DNA from: a virus
Taxonomy: Duplodnaviria; Caudoviricetes
Length of the DNA: 64,000 nucleotides
Direction: 5' to 3' (one strand)
Virus record (IMG/VR): IMGVR_UViG_3300025809_001850
Made by a program: the position numbers and the translations under genes. Under the pieces are notes generated by a model that was not told where the DNA came from, did not search any database, and saw nothing but the letters and a program-made list of their open reading frames with translations. Positions 19,861-29,789 of this stretch are shown here, piece after piece. How positions within the stretch are numbered: position 1 is the first letter of the stretch; each line of letters starts with the position of its first letter.

Positions 19861-20108
19861 AATTTTTAATTAAAAATCACAAATCAGTAGGTGGAAAATA
19901 CAACAATCAGTATCATGGTTCGTATTCCAAGATATTCAATATTTTAGAAGCAGACTCACTTGGATTCGTTCAAGAGTATTATGAAGTATCTTTTGTCAGG
20001 ATTTCCACCGAAAACAACGATTGGATACTGAAATTGAATACAGAACCTGACGGAAACAAGTTGGAAAAAATTCTTGCATTAAAGAACATTGAAGAATTTA
20101 GTGCTTGA
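19857..20108 (+). CDS. Hypothetical protein
   Basis: ATGA overlap, MKFLIK. Confidence 0.6.
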   Translation: MKFLIKNHKSVGGKYNNQYHGSYSKIFNILEADSLGFVQEYYEVSFVRISTENNDWILKLNTEPDGNKLEKILALKNIEEFSA

Positions 20109-20133
20109 CTTTTTATAATAATTTTAGTAGAAT
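20105..20133 (+). promoter_or_regulatory. Early promoter, repeat family copy 6
   Basis: TTGACT-17-TAGAAT; overlaps the upstream TGA stop. Confidence 0.85.
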
Positions 20134-20139
20134 ACTTGT

Positions 20140-20385
20140 ATGATGATGAGAGAAGATGAAGTGAATATTACAATTAAACATTTTACACAAACCGGTTCAT
20201 CAACTTGGGTTCTTGTGAACGAAAACAAAGAACTGATGTATGATAAAAACAACAATGCTTTGTTTGGTTATACTCGCAAAGATGCAGAAGCACTTGCTCT
20301 TAGGATTGCTGATAATATGAATTTCAATAATATTCAGACCGAATACTTTTATGGTGGAAAACGCAAATATAAAACAATAAAATAA
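20140..20385 (+). CDS. Early hypothetical protein (leaderless)
   Basis: ATG at +7. Confidence 0.6.
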   Translation: MMMREDEVNITIKHFTQTGSSTWVLVNENKELMYDKNNNALFGYTRKDAEALALRIADNMNFNNIQTEYFYGGKRKYKTIK

Positions 20386-20401
20386 CGAGAGAACATATAA
20401 T

Positions 20402-20605
20402 ATGAAATTATCCAACTTATTTGGAAAAACTATTAACGCAGATAACAACAAATTTGTTATCAGGGGTACATTGCTTGAAATGGTCAAGTATGCTCAAGAC
20501 AATAAATTAAACTTTAATCAAGTTCCAACTCATCTTGTGGGTGGATATTTTAAGTCAATATCAACTACCAACTTGCAACCAATTCCAGTTCTTGTTGGCA
20601 ACTAA
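20402..20605 (+). CDS. Small hypothetical protein
   Basis: ORF track; gagagaac upstream. Confidence 0.55.
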   Translation: MKLSNLFGKTINADNNKFVIRGTLLEMVKYAQDNKLNFNQVPTHLVGGYFKSISTTNLQPIPVLVGN

Positions 20606-20613
20606 ATAAAAAT

Positions 20614-20892
20614 ATGAGAACATTCAAATTAATAAAATGGGTAGGCAGAAACTTCAAAGAAGAAGATTCAGAAGTTTTATACGAAAATGCAACAGAATCA
20701 GAAATCAATGAAATTGCAAAAACTCACAATTTGAGTTTCACGACAATTGGCAAAAAAACAATCAAAAGTTTTGCACGAATGAACACATCTGATGTATCTG
20801 ATACTGCAATATCACACGAACTTGTTTATATAAGTGGTGAATACGAAACACTTTATCCTGAATATGATGATGACGATTCATCAGATGAGTAA
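20614..20892 (+). CDS. Hypothetical protein, acidic tail
   Basis: ORF track; operon spacing. Confidence 0.6.
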   Translation: MRTFKLIKWVGRNFKEEDSEVLYENATESEINEIAKTHNLSFTTIGKKTIKSFARMNTSDVSDTAISHELVYISGEYETLYPEYDDDDSSDE

Positions 20893-21102
20893 ATGAATAA
20901 AACTCAAGCAAGACAACGCATTCGTAATTTAAAGAAAATTATACACGATTCTACTGAAAAGTTCGCAACTGCAATGTCCCACAATTATTACGATAAAGCA
21001 GATATTCAACTGATTATCATCTCAGGAAATCTTAAAGAATTAAACAAATCAAGATCTCAAATAAAAGCAAATAAAAGCACGATTTCGCAAAATAATGCTT
21101 GA
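20893..21102 (+). CDS. Small coiled-coil hypothetical protein
   Basis: Abuts the upstream stop. Confidence 0.55.
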   Translation: MNKTQARQRIRNLKKIIHDSTEKFATAMSHNYYDKADIQLIIISGNLKELNKSRSQIKANKSTISQNNA

Positions 21103-21127
21103 CTTTTTATAAGAAATTTGGTAAGAT
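21099..21127 (+). promoter_or_regulatory. Early promoter, repeat family copy 7
   Basis: TTGACT-17-TAAGAT; long leader nearly identical to copy 14. Confidence 0.85.
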
Positions 21128-21185
21128 ACTTGTATTGAGAATGAGAAAAGAGAACAATAAAAAAACAAAAAAAGAGAGAAAAAAT

Positions 21186-21395
21186 ATGTTGATTGCAGAA
21201 TATAATGTCGGTGAAACTATTAACGTTGATGGTCAAGATGCCATCATTACCAAGACTGACACTCAGTCATGGGTGACCGGTGGTAAGCAACCTTATTACT
21301 TCGTGGAACTACTTTCTGATGGAAGTAAAGAACTTCACGCAGAAGAAGACATCAACTCAGGTGAGTTGCTTTCAGTTATTTCGTTTAACTCTTAA
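21186..21395 (+). CDS. Small SH3-like hypothetical protein
   Basis: ATG 21186 (MLIAEYNVGETI). Confidence 0.6.
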   Translation: MLIAEYNVGETINVDGQDAIITKTDTQSWVTGGKQPYYFVELLSDGSKELHAEEDINSGELLSVISFNS

Positions 21396-21413
21396 TAGAA
21401 AGAACAACTTAAA

Positions 21414-21857
21414 ATGGCATACATAACACAAGAAGGCAAAAAAGAACTCGCAGTAGGAATCAAAAAGGTTCTTAAAAAGTATAACGTCAAAGGAACTATC
21501 GGAATTCATCATCATAGCACCATCGTTGTTAGATTAAAAAGTGGTGATTTAGACATTCTCGGAAATTATTGGGACAATTATACCAATAAAGTTGAAACTG
21601 GAAGAATCGAACAATGGAATTTACGCACCGAAAAACCCACTTCTATTTCAGTAAATAATCATTTCGTGGATAGCAGTTATTCTTCAGAAGTTGCAAACTT
21701 TCTAAATGAACTTCTTGTGGAAATGAAAGGTGAACGATATTTTAATGATACTGATATTATGACCGATTATTTTCATTGCTCACATTATCTTGACATTGAA
21801 GTCGGCAATTACGACAAACCTTACATCTATAACCAAGAACTTGCTCAAGCAGCTTAA
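21414..21857 (+). CDS. Conserved phage early protein (MAYI...IKKVLKKY...DIMTDYF...VGNYDKPY)
   Basis: Motif pattern common in phage early regions, possibly LPD-type; function unknown. Confidence 0.7.
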   Translation: MAYITQEGKKELAVGIKKVLKKYNVKGTIGIHHHSTIVVRLKSGDLDILGNYWDNYTNKVETGRIEQWNLRTEKPTSISVNNHFVDSSYSSEVANFLNELLVEMKGERYFNDTDIMTDYFHCSHYLDIEVGNYDKPYIYNQELAQAA

Positions 21858-21859
21858 TT

Positions 21860-22090
21860 ATGAAACTAACAAACTACAACGGAACGAAGGCAACTGAAAA
21901 GGCCTACAATATACAAGAAAGCATCAATACAATTCGCAATGAAACGATACCAAGATTGCAAGAAAATTACTTTGATTTATCAGACGAGGAAAATGCTGAA
22001 CGAATTGCTAATTTGAGAAATTATGTCAAGAAATTGCAATATGATCTCGGAATTGAACTTGGCAATGATCAAGCATATGAAAATCTTTAA
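21860..22090 (+). CDS. Small hypothetical protein
   Basis: ORF track. Confidence 0.6.
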   Translation: MKLTNYNGTKATEKAYNIQESINTIRNETIPRLQENYFDLSDEENAERIANLRNYVKKLQYDLGIELGNDQAYENL

Positions 22091-22390
22091 ATGACAGGAT
22101 TTGATTACAATGTAGACTTGCACCAAGTAAGCACCGACAATCCCAATCATCTTATTGTTGATTCGTCTAAAATTGGATTACCACACGGATTTTTTCCAAA
22201 CTGGATCAGCACCAATGATATTGGAAATGGTTCTCCATTTTACTCAGACCGAATTCTTCGTGAGATTTCAAATGCGGATGTTGCGGATGTGGATCAACTT
22301 GAATACGGAGATGTTGAAGGATACATTTACAGACAAAACGGTGGTCAAACCCGTTTGCTTGTTTTAACCGATTACGAAGATAAAACTTGA
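22091..22390 (+). CDS. Hypothetical protein
   Basis: Abuts the upstream stop. Confidence 0.6.
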   Translation: MTGFDYNVDLHQVSTDNPNHLIVDSSKIGLPHGFFPNWISTNDIGNGSPFYSDRILREISNADVADVDQLEYGDVEGYIYRQNGGQTRLLVLTDYEDKT

Positions 22391-22415
22391 CTTTTTATAA
22401 TAATTGTGGTAGTAT
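22387..22415 (+). promoter_or_regulatory. Early promoter, repeat family copy 8
   Basis: TTGACT-17-TAGTAT; overlaps a TGA stop. Confidence 0.85.
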
Positions 22416-22451
22416 ATTTGTATTGAGAGTGAGAAACAAGAACAAGAAAAA

Positions 22452-22835
22452 ATGACATTTGAATTAGTAAAAACACGCAAAGCATATGCAGTTCAATTTT
22501 GGGGAACAATAACACACGTTACGTCTCCTATTTTCAAAAGCAAACAAGCAGCTGCCAACTATGTAGTTCGTGAAGGTTACAGGGTAGTTGAAGATTTGCA
22601 TCTTCTTGAAATTGACTTGGACAAAATTGCAAACAATGAAAATGCAGTAGTTGAACAATATCATATCAGCACGGCAAAGGTAGGTTTTCGTATGAGTGAA
22701 GGTGATGACCCCAGCGAATTTGTGTTTGATTCAATCGGTCAAAGTGATCGTGGAGAAAATACATTTTATTCTATGAATGCTTTCAATATTCCATTTCCTA
22801 CAATAGATAAGTTAAAGCAACTTGCAAACAATTAA
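22452..22835 (+). CDS. Hypothetical protein
   Basis: ORF track. Confidence 0.65.
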   Translation: MTFELVKTRKAYAVQFWGTITHVTSPIFKSKQAAANYVVREGYRVVEDLHLLEIDLDKIANNENAVVEQYHISTAKVGFRMSEGDDPSEFVFDSIGQSDRGENTFYSMNAFNIPFPTIDKLKQLANN

Positions 22836-22873
22836 TGCTTGCACTATTATTATTAAATTGATTTAATTGGGAA

Positions 22874-23092
22874 ATGAAAAAAGTAACAATGATTGATCCT
22901 GACGAAGGATGGAAATATGGATTTCCAAAGATGCTACCAAACGAACTTGAAGGTAAGGATGTTACCGAATGGTTAATTGAAAATGGATATCCACGTGAGG
23001 TAATTGACAAATGGAAACAATCTGACTTGGGATATCTCCCGTGCAGATATTGGGAAACGGATATAATAAATGTCACACAAGAAAACAAGTAA
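22874..23092 (+). CDS. Conserved phage hypothetical (IDPxEGWKYGFPK) protein, leaderless
   Basis: TTGCAC-17-TTTAAT promoter at 22839-22867; ATG at +7. Confidence 0.65.
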   Translation: MKKVTMIDPDEGWKYGFPKMLPNELEGKDVTEWLIENGYPREVIDKWKQSDLGYLPCRYWETDIINVTQENK

Positions 23093-23250
23093 TTTTCATC
23101 AGATTCTTCGTAATTTAACGATTGAACTTAAACAAGGTGATCAGATTTCAATTTGGCATGATGGATATCAAGTTTCTTTTAAAAATGTAGGAACAAGTAA
23201 TTTTAAAACAAAACCACCACAAAAACAAAAGCAAAAAATCAAGAATTAAC

Positions 23251-23279
23251 TTGACTTTTTATAAGAATGATGGTAAAGT
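23251..23279 (+). promoter_or_regulatory. Early promoter, repeat family copy 9
   Basis: TTGACT-17-TAAAGT. Confidence 0.85.
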
Positions 23280-23313
23280 TATAACATAACGAAATTGAGT
23301 TAAGAGAAAAAAT

Positions 23314-24483
23314 ATGAGTGAATTAAAAACATTATACAAAGTAGATACTAAAGGAAAGATTCGTCAATGGACGGTCAAAGTCAAAAACAATTCTTTTTGG
23401 ACAGAACAAGGTCAAATAGACGGAAAAATTGTTGTAAACAAACCTACCATCACCAATACCAAAAACGAAGGTCGTAGCAACGAAACTTCTCCTGAACAAC
23501 AAGCATTAGCAGAAGCATCTGCAAAGTACACCAAGCAACTTGATAAAGGATATGTTGAAAACATTGAAGATGTTCATAAAATCACTTTGTATACTCCAAT
23601 GCTTGCTCAGAAGTTTGAAGACAGAGTAGATGGACTTGAATTTCCTTTATATTCACAACCCAAATTAGATGGAGTTCGTTGTGTGGTTTATATGCAAGAT
23701 GGTGAACTTGTTGCCAAATCTCGTCAAGGTAAACCCATTGATTCAGTTGTTCATATTCTTGAAGAGTTGCAACCTTTCTTTGCAGAAAATCCAAACGCAA
23801 TTTTAGACGGAGAACTTTACAACCACGATTACAAAAATGATTTCAATAAAATCATTTCACTTGTTCGTAAAATGAAACCTGTTCGTAGTGAAAAGGATAC
23901 TGATAAAACTTTCGCAAAGAAACAAGAAAAGTTTGCAGTTGCATTAACTGAAGCAAAAGAAAAAATTCAGTATTGGATTTATGATGTTCCAAGATGTGGT
24001 GGTCTCGGCGAATCTGATGATTTTCATCCAAGGTTCTTTGGATGTGATTTTCCTGAATTGAAGTCATGTGTTATCGTTAAAACTGCAATCGTTAATGATA
24101 TGAAACAACTTGACGAATACTACGACACTTATATGGAGTTCGGATATGAAGGTCAAATCGTTCGTGTGAATGGTCCTTACGAAAACAAACGAAGCAAACT
24201 ACTTCTTAAACGCAAAGATTTTACTGATGCAGAATATCTTGTTATTGGAATTGAAGAAGGTGACGGAAATCGTGCCGGAACTGCAAAAAATCTTACTTGT
24301 AAAAACGAAGCAACGGGACAAACCTTCAATAGCAACATCAAAGGAACGCATGAATATCTTGCGGAAATTCTTAAAAATAAAGATCACTATATTGGCAAGC
24401 AAGCAACCATCAAGTATTTTGAATTGACACCTGATGGAATTCCTAGATTTCCATATGCAATCGCATTTCGTGATTACGAATAA
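23314..24483 (+). CDS. lig: ATP-dependent DNA ligase, phage type
   Basis: YSQPKLDGVRC (KxDG), LDGELY, YWIYD, EGQIVR, LLKRK, OB-fold end ELTPDGIPRFP. Confidence 0.93.
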   Translation: MSELKTLYKVDTKGKIRQWTVKVKNNSFWTEQGQIDGKIVVNKPTITNTKNEGRSNETSPEQQALAEASAKYTKQLDKGYVENIEDVHKITLYTPMLAQKFEDRVDGLEFPLYSQPKLDGVRCVVYMQDGELVAKSRQGKPIDSVVHILEELQPFFAENPNAILDGELYNHDYKNDFNKIISLVRKMKPVRSEKDTDKTFAKKQEKFAVALTEAKEKIQYWIYDVPRCGGLGESDDFHPRFFGCDFPELKSCVIVKTAIVNDMKQLDEYYDTYMEFGYEGQIVRVNGPYENKRSKLLLKRKDFTDAEYLVIGIEEGDGNRAGTAKNLTCKNEATGQTFNSNIKGTHEYLAEILKNKDHYIGKQATIKYFELTPDGIPRFPYAIAFRDYE

Positions 24484-24524
24484 TCCTTGACAAACCATTA
24501 TTAAAATTATATTATATAAGAATT

Positions 24525-24758
24525 ATGATTATTATGAATGAAACTCAATTATCCATCGTAAGCAAACTTGAAAATATTGCCGAACGAGAAGAAGCAAAAG
24601 CAGACAATTTTTTAGCAAATGCTTTAAGAACTGCAACTGAAGAAGGTCGTTCCGAAATTCTTAATTGCGAAAAATCAGAATACGAACTTCTACACGAAAA
24701 ATCAGAATTGCTTGCAGATGTTTTAACTGAAATTAAATCTGATCTACAAGCACAGTGA
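24525..24758 (+). CDS. Small helical hypothetical protein
   Basis: TTGACA-17-TATTAT promoter at 24487-24515. Confidence 0.6.
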   Translation: MIIMNETQLSIVSKLENIAEREEAKADNFLANALRTATEEGRSEILNCEKSEYELLHEKSELLADVLTEIKSDLQAQ

Positions 24759-24985
24759 ATATACACGAAATTGTTGACCGAGTTGCAAAAGACCCATATT
24801 CTGAAAATGTTAATCACGGTGGTCTACATCCAAGTTCTATTTTAAACATTATCAACGAAGTATTTTGGTCACCAAGTAATTCGTGCGACAAAGTAACTCT
24901 TGAAATTGCAAAAGAACAAGATGATCATCACATTTCAGTTAGAGTAATTAAAAAAGAATCAAATATAAACAATGCTAGTACTTGA
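24755..24985 (+). CDS. Small hypothetical protein
   Basis: GTGA overlap. Confidence 0.55.
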   Translation: MNIHEIVDRVAKDPYSENVNHGGLHPSSILNIINEVFWSPSNSCDKVTLEIAKEQDDHHISVRVIKKESNINNAST

Positions 24986-25274
24986 GGAACCAGTATTTAA
25001 GATGAACAAGAAAAGGTATAGTCAAACTCCGATACACGAATATCGGATTAAGTATTTGACTACAGGAAACACAATTCCTAATTATCATTATTATATGTGT
25101 GAGGATGCCAACCAAGCACTTACATTTCAAATCGAAATGGCAAAACATAAAAAGTGGCAATTTGAGATTTTGAAAATAGAAAAGTTTTTCAAATACGCAG
25201 GTAAGTGGATTGATGAAAGTGATGTACTTACCGATAAAAATAAATATGTAACGAAAGATATGCACGATGAGTAA
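24972..25274 (+). CDS. Hypothetical protein
   Basis: ORF track; overlapping operon. Confidence 0.6.
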   Translation: MLVLEEPVFKMNKKRYSQTPIHEYRIKYLTTGNTIPNYHYYMCEDANQALTFQIEMAKHKKWQFEILKIEKFFKYAGKWIDESDVLTDKNKYVTKDMHDE

Positions 25275-25572
25275 TTTATATGAAGTTAATATACAAGAAG
25301 ATCAAGATACAAAAGATTTGTTTTTTGAACTTCCACCAGTTTTAATGAAGAATCTTGGATGGAAACCAGGTGACGAATTAAAGTGGGAAGAAACTGAGGA
25401 AGGTGGATTTCGTTGTCGTAAAATTAAATACGAAACCGTTGAACTAGATTTTGATGATGAAGAATATTTTAAGTTTCTAAGATTCGCACACGAAAGAAAT
25501 ATGAGTTTCAATGAACTTGTAGAAGAATCAGTAAAAGAAGCAATAAAAAACAATGAAAATGGAACAATTTGA
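25267..25572 (+). CDS. AbrB/MazE-like DNA-binding domain fused to a ribbon-helix-helix-like domain
   Basis: ELPPVLMKNLGWKPGDELKW (AbrB-like); AHERNMSFNELV (RHH-like). Confidence 0.6.
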   Translation: MSNLYEVNIQEDQDTKDLFFELPPVLMKNLGWKPGDELKWEETEEGGFRCRKIKYETVELDFDDEEYFKFLRFAHERNMSFNELVEESVKEAIKNNENGTI

Positions 25573-25780
25573 ATCAGATATGTCAGATACTCATAATATC
25601 TTCAATGAACTTGAAACGATATTGTACAAGGTAGGAGATGCTCCAACGCAACCTACTGAAGATGAACTTATGAATATGCTCATTGGAGTAATTGATTTGC
25701 ACAAAGTTCGTTACGAAAAAATGTGGGCATCTTGGAACGAATTTCAAAAGCAGAATACCAAAATTGATATTACGGTATGA
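25553..25780 (+). CDS. Conserved phage hypothetical protein (NMLIGVIDLHKVRYEKMW)
   Basis: ORF track. Confidence 0.6.
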   Translation: MKMEQFESDMSDTHNIFNELETILYKVGDAPTQPTEDELMNMLIGVIDLHKVRYEKMWASWNEFQKQNTKIDITV

Positions 25781-25980
25781 ACAAATTGCCAACTTACACC
25801 GAGTTTACTAAAACATGGAATCTGGTTGACAAAATTAAATTTCATTATGATGTTGATCTTAATTTATTCAAAGGCAATTTATCAGAAACAATTTCGGAAA
25901 TAAAAAACGATGCTAAATCATTAAAAGAGTTTGAACAAGAATTCAAATTAAACCTACAAGAACGAGAATACATAAAATGA
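25777..25980 (+). CDS. Small hypothetical protein
   Basis: ATGA overlap. Confidence 0.55.
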   Translation: MNKLPTYTEFTKTWNLVDKIKFHYDVDLNLFKGNLSETISEIKNDAKSLKEFEQEFKLNLQEREYIK

Positions 25981-26130
25981 GTGAAACAGAGACTGAAGAA
26001 GAAGTAACAATTAAACTAAGTTCATATACCGATCAATTTGGTGGAACACAATACAATTGGGATGCTATCATTGAAGAAGCAGAACAACAAATCAGAAACA
26101 CCACAGGTCGTGATGTCGGTGTGTGGATGA

Positions 26131-26406
26131 GTGAATAACATGAACGGAGATGCAATATCGGATTCTGTTCATTACGAACGTGGATACAACAAAGGAATTG
26201 ATGAAGGATTTATCAATGGACTAAAACGAGCATTTGAACTAGTTGGACAACTTGGTGACTTTTATGGCAATCAGGTTATAGTGGATGCTCCACCTGAAGA
26301 ACTAAGACAACACGCACATGATCGTAAACAACAAGCAAATGCTTGTCGTTATGCACAACACGTCATTCGTAAAAATGACTTTAACAATGAAGATTTACCT
26401 TGGTAA
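26131..26406 (+). CDS. Hypothetical protein
   Basis: ORF track. Confidence 0.55.
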   Translation: MNNMNGDAISDSVHYERGYNKGIDEGFINGLKRAFELVGQLGDFYGNQVIVDAPPEELRQHAHDRKQQANACRYAQHVIRKNDFNNEDLPW

Positions 26407-26645
26407 TTATGGACACGATAATAAAACAAAAATATAAAACTACATTGAACCACCGTCTTGAATGTATTCAAGAAGATGTCGCAGTTCTTGTTGATTTTAT
26501 TGAAAAGCAAAATTTAACAGAAACATTTAAACAAATGACAACATTCGCAGATGAAGCATGGCATCACATCAGCAACATTGAAATTGCTTGTGATTTAAAA
26601 GATGATGCTCCAAACGACTGGAGTTGTGCTTCTTCGTGTAAGTGA
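26400..26645 (+). CDS. Hypothetical protein
   Basis: ORF track. Confidence 0.55.
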   Translation: MVIMDTIIKQKYKTTLNHRLECIQEDVAVLVDFIEKQNLTETFKQMTTFADEAWHHISNIEIACDLKDDAPNDWSCASSCK

Positions 26646-26802
26646 ATAAAGTCGTTTCAATATTTGCGTGTGCTACAATCTACGGATTAGGATTTCTGCA
26701 CGGTACTAGTTCTGATAGCAAAATGGTGAGTTATATCATCTGTGCAATTGTCGGATATTTCGTGGGAACTAGCATCTACGAATATATCAAACGAAGTTAA
26801 TT

Positions 26803-27069
26803 ATGAAAATAAAACTTGGAGTGCGTGGTTCTTCTGATACGGTTAATTCGATTATCATAAAAATGGATGATCTTATACTTGTTACTGCTGATAACTTATT
26901 TCTTGTTGGTGATGAAGGCCGAAATAAGATGGGAAAGAACATAGTTGCTTTGCTTGATTCTTTGAGCAAAGAACATGAAATAGAAATCGGAGAAACGGTA
27001 GCACCCATGATAGAATTTGAACTGAATTTACAAGAAGGAATTTTAAATAAATTTATAAACAAAGAATAA
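26803..27069 (+). CDS. Hypothetical protein
   Basis: ORF track. Confidence 0.55.
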   Translation: MKIKLGVRGSSDTVNSIIIKMDDLILVTADNLFLVGDEGRNKMGKNIVALLDSLSKEHEIEIGETVAPMIEFELNLQEGILNKFINKE

Positions 27070-27103
27070 ATTATGAACAAACTGTTAAATCTGAAAATAG
27101 TAG

Positions 27104-27631
27104 ATGAAGAAGAATAAAGAAGTCGGATTATTGCACGGAAATTTATTAGATTTTCCATATGGAATAAATGTTATTGCACATAGTTGCAACACTTTAAATG
27201 TAATGGGTGCAGGAATTGCACAACAAATTGCGGAAAGATATCCTGAAGCAAAACACGCAGATGATGTTGCTGACAAAGCAGGACGAAATGATTTAGGAGA
27301 TTTCAGTGTTGCTGACATTGAAATTGAAAATACCTCAAGTTTTCCACATCAAGAATTTGGAACAGATACACGAAAATGTAGCATTTACAATTTATATACG
27401 CAAGATAGATGTGGTCATGGTCGTGAAGTAAATTACGAAGCACTTTATCGTAACTTTCATTTGATGCGAAATCATCTTAACAATGATCCTGCTTGTATTT
27501 TAGGTTTACCACATGGAATTAGTTGTGGACTTGCCGGGGGAAGTTGGGAAATTGTATCAGCAATGATCAATACAATTTTTGCTACACCTGCAACTTATTT
27601 TCCAACATACATCGTAAAATACGAACCATAA
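27104..27631 (+). CDS. Macro domain (ADP-ribose-processing) protein
   Basis: GNLL, VIAHSCN...MGAGIA, IYNLYTQ, PHGISCGLAGGSW motifs. Confidence 0.85.
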   Translation: MKKNKEVGLLHGNLLDFPYGINVIAHSCNTLNVMGAGIAQQIAERYPEAKHADDVADKAGRNDLGDFSVADIEIENTSSFPHQEFGTDTRKCSIYNLYTQDRCGHGREVNYEALYRNFHLMRNHLNNDPACILGLPHGISCGLAGGSWEIVSAMINTIFATPATYFPTYIVKYEP

Positions 27632-27657
27632 ATTGATTTGCCAAATATATATATTTT

Positions 27658-28251
27658 ATGAAATTAACTGAATTAAAATCTGTTATCAAAGAAGAAATTA
27701 AATCTCTTCTTACGAATGTTAAAGTATCTAAACATCTTGAGTATCATCTTGAGAACCACTCTACTTTGGTTGAGGGGGTTTTCCGTTACGGATCAGACTC
27801 GTACCTTGATTTGTTCGTAGAAGCAAGAACTCTGTATTCACAGGGTAAAATTCAGTTGAGTGAGATTGATCAACATTTGATTGAAAATACTGATATTGGA
27901 TCATGGGGTGAATACAACGAAATGCGTGTTCCACTTGATTGTCCATTTCAAATTCACGAATCTGAATATCAAGGCAAAGATGTGGAACTCAATAAACCAA
28001 AACGAGGTGGAGACAAAAAGTTTTATGTGTATGTTAAAGACCCAAAAACTAAAAATATTCGTAAGGTATCATTCGGTGATACCACAGGATTAAGTGTTAA
28101 GTTTAAAGACCCGGTAAGAAGAAAAGCATTTGCTGATCGTCATAATTGTTCTACCAAGAAAGATAGAACCAAAGCAGGATATTGGTCGTGCAATTTACCA
28201 CGTTATGCAAAGCAACTTGGTATGGGAGATAATCAAAATACCTATTGGTAA
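27658..28251 (+). CDS. MKLTELKSVIKEEI-tagged conserved jumbo-phage protein (VSFGD...RRKAFADRHNC...AGYWSC)
   Basis: Shared N-terminal motif; ATATATTTT late-like element upstream. Confidence 0.75.
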   Translation: MKLTELKSVIKEEIKSLLTNVKVSKHLEYHLENHSTLVEGVFRYGSDSYLDLFVEARTLYSQGKIQLSEIDQHLIENTDIGSWGEYNEMRVPLDCPFQIHESEYQGKDVELNKPKRGGDKKFYVYVKDPKTKNIRKVSFGDTTGLSVKFKDPVRRKAFADRHNCSTKKDRTKAGYWSCNLPRYAKQLGMGDNQNTYW

Positions 28252-28530
28252 ATGAATCCGTATACTGAGCAGAAAATTTGGGATAATACTTACCTTCGCA
28301 CATTCTCTGCGGCCACTCCTGAAACAGATTTGATATGGCATCTAGATAAAGAAGACCGTGTCATAGAAGCAACTCATTTTACTGATTGGAAATTTCAGTT
28401 TGATGATCAACTTCCGGTGTCGTTGAATAACTTGATTACAATACCAAAAAATAAATTTCATAGAATCATCAAAGGAACAGATGATTGCACAATTAGAATA
28501 ACCAAATATGCAAACGCAGGAATTTCTTGA
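28252..28530 (+). CDS. Cupin-like small protein
   Basis: LIWHLDKEDR...IPKNKFHRIIKG two-motif cupin pattern. Confidence 0.6.
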   Translation: MNPYTEQKIWDNTYLRTFSAATPETDLIWHLDKEDRVIEATHFTDWKFQFDDQLPVSLNNLITIPKNKFHRIIKGTDDCTIRITKYANAGIS

Positions 28531-29464
28531 AGAATTTGAAATCGCATTAGCAAACGAAGTAAATTCGTTTGAAAATAAAGTGCAGTATATGATAAAGTTT
28601 GTTCTTGGTAACAAAGGCAAACGACTTCGTCCGTTGCTTGTTCATAGTTGTTGCAACATCAAGTATCAATCAATGAAACTAGATATTATCAAAGCAAGTG
28701 TGATTGTTGAACTTATTCACATTGCTACTTTGATTCACGATGATGTAATTGATGATGCAACGACTCGTAGAAATAAATCAACATTGCACACTGTTGTTGA
28801 TACCAATGAAGCAATTTTGGTTGGAGATATTTTATTGTCCCACGCACTTGCCATAGCATCATCATTTTCAGATACAATGGTGTGTCGTGAAGTATCTACT
28901 GCAACTAAAGCAACTTGTATTGGTGAAGTCACCCAATCATTCGCACAAAAAAACTATTCAACATCATATACAGAATACGAACAAATTCTTGTGGGCAAAA
29001 CAGGAAAGTTGTTTTCGTGTGCGTGTCGTTTAGGTGCAAAACTTTGCAATGCAGATGAAAGTGTTGTGAGTTATGTTACACGATTTGCAGAAAATCTCGG
29101 AGTTGTATATCAGTTGTATGACGATGCAATTGATGTCTTTGGATCAGAAACGAATTCTCATAAAACATTAAAAACTGATTTGAAAACAAACAAAGTTACT
29201 TTGCCTGTTATTTTGTTGCTTGAAAGTTGTTGCGAAGAAGAACGTAAACCTATAATTGAGATGCTAACAAATTACGATACCAATGCACAAAAACTCAATG
29301 AAATATTCAACGCATACAATATCAAGCAAAAATGTTGTGAAATTATTGCCGACAAACTAACTGACATGAACACTTGCATTGCAAATGTAGGTTATTTACC
29401 AATTGCAGATAAACTAAAAAATATATCAGAAAAGATTTGCAATAAAATCAAATTAACTCTATAA
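28508..29464 (+). CDS. trans-Polyprenyl diphosphate synthase (IspB/HepT-like)
   Basis: GKRLRP, LIHDDVID (FARM), RR, GKTG, YQLYDDAID (SARM). Confidence 0.92.
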   Translation: MQTQEFLEEFEIALANEVNSFENKVQYMIKFVLGNKGKRLRPLLVHSCCNIKYQSMKLDIIKASVIVELIHIATLIHDDVIDDATTRRNKSTLHTVVDTNEAILVGDILLSHALAIASSFSDTMVCREVSTATKATCIGEVTQSFAQKNYSTSYTEYEQILVGKTGKLFSCACRLGAKLCNADESVVSYVTRFAENLGVVYQLYDDAIDVFGSETNSHKTLKTDLKTNKVTLPVILLLESCCEEERKPIIEMLTNYDTNAQKLNEIFNAYNIKQKCCEIIADKLTDMNTCIANVGYLPIADKLKNISEKICNKIKLTL

Positions 29465-29476
29465 TGGATTAATAAA

Positions 29477-29782
29477 ATGAGTAACTTAATTATACCAAAG
29501 ACAAACAAAGTTGAACAAACAATGCGTGACTGGATTGCCAAGCATAATCCGGATGCAATTATGATCAAAGGTTATGATCATTGTATCACAGGTCTGTCTA
29601 AAGAAGGTCGTGTTATTTACGAAGTATCGGACATCTTAAAAACTTTAGTGGGAATGGAACATTCGTGGAATTACAACGATGCAATAGAATGGTTTGAATA
29701 TAACATTCAGGGATCATTTTGTGATAAAGAAAATGAACCAATTTTTACATCAACCTCATTTACTTACGATTTTATAGATTAA
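29477..29782 (+). CDS. Conserved phage hypothetical protein (GYDHCITG...DAIEWFEYNIQGS)
   Basis: ORF track. Confidence 0.65.
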   Translation: MSNLIIPKTNKVEQTMRDWIAKHNPDAIMIKGYDHCITGLSKEGRVIYEVSDILKTLVGMEHSWNYNDAIEWFEYNIQGSFCDKENEPIFTSTSFTYDFID

Positions 29783-29789
29783 AAATATT

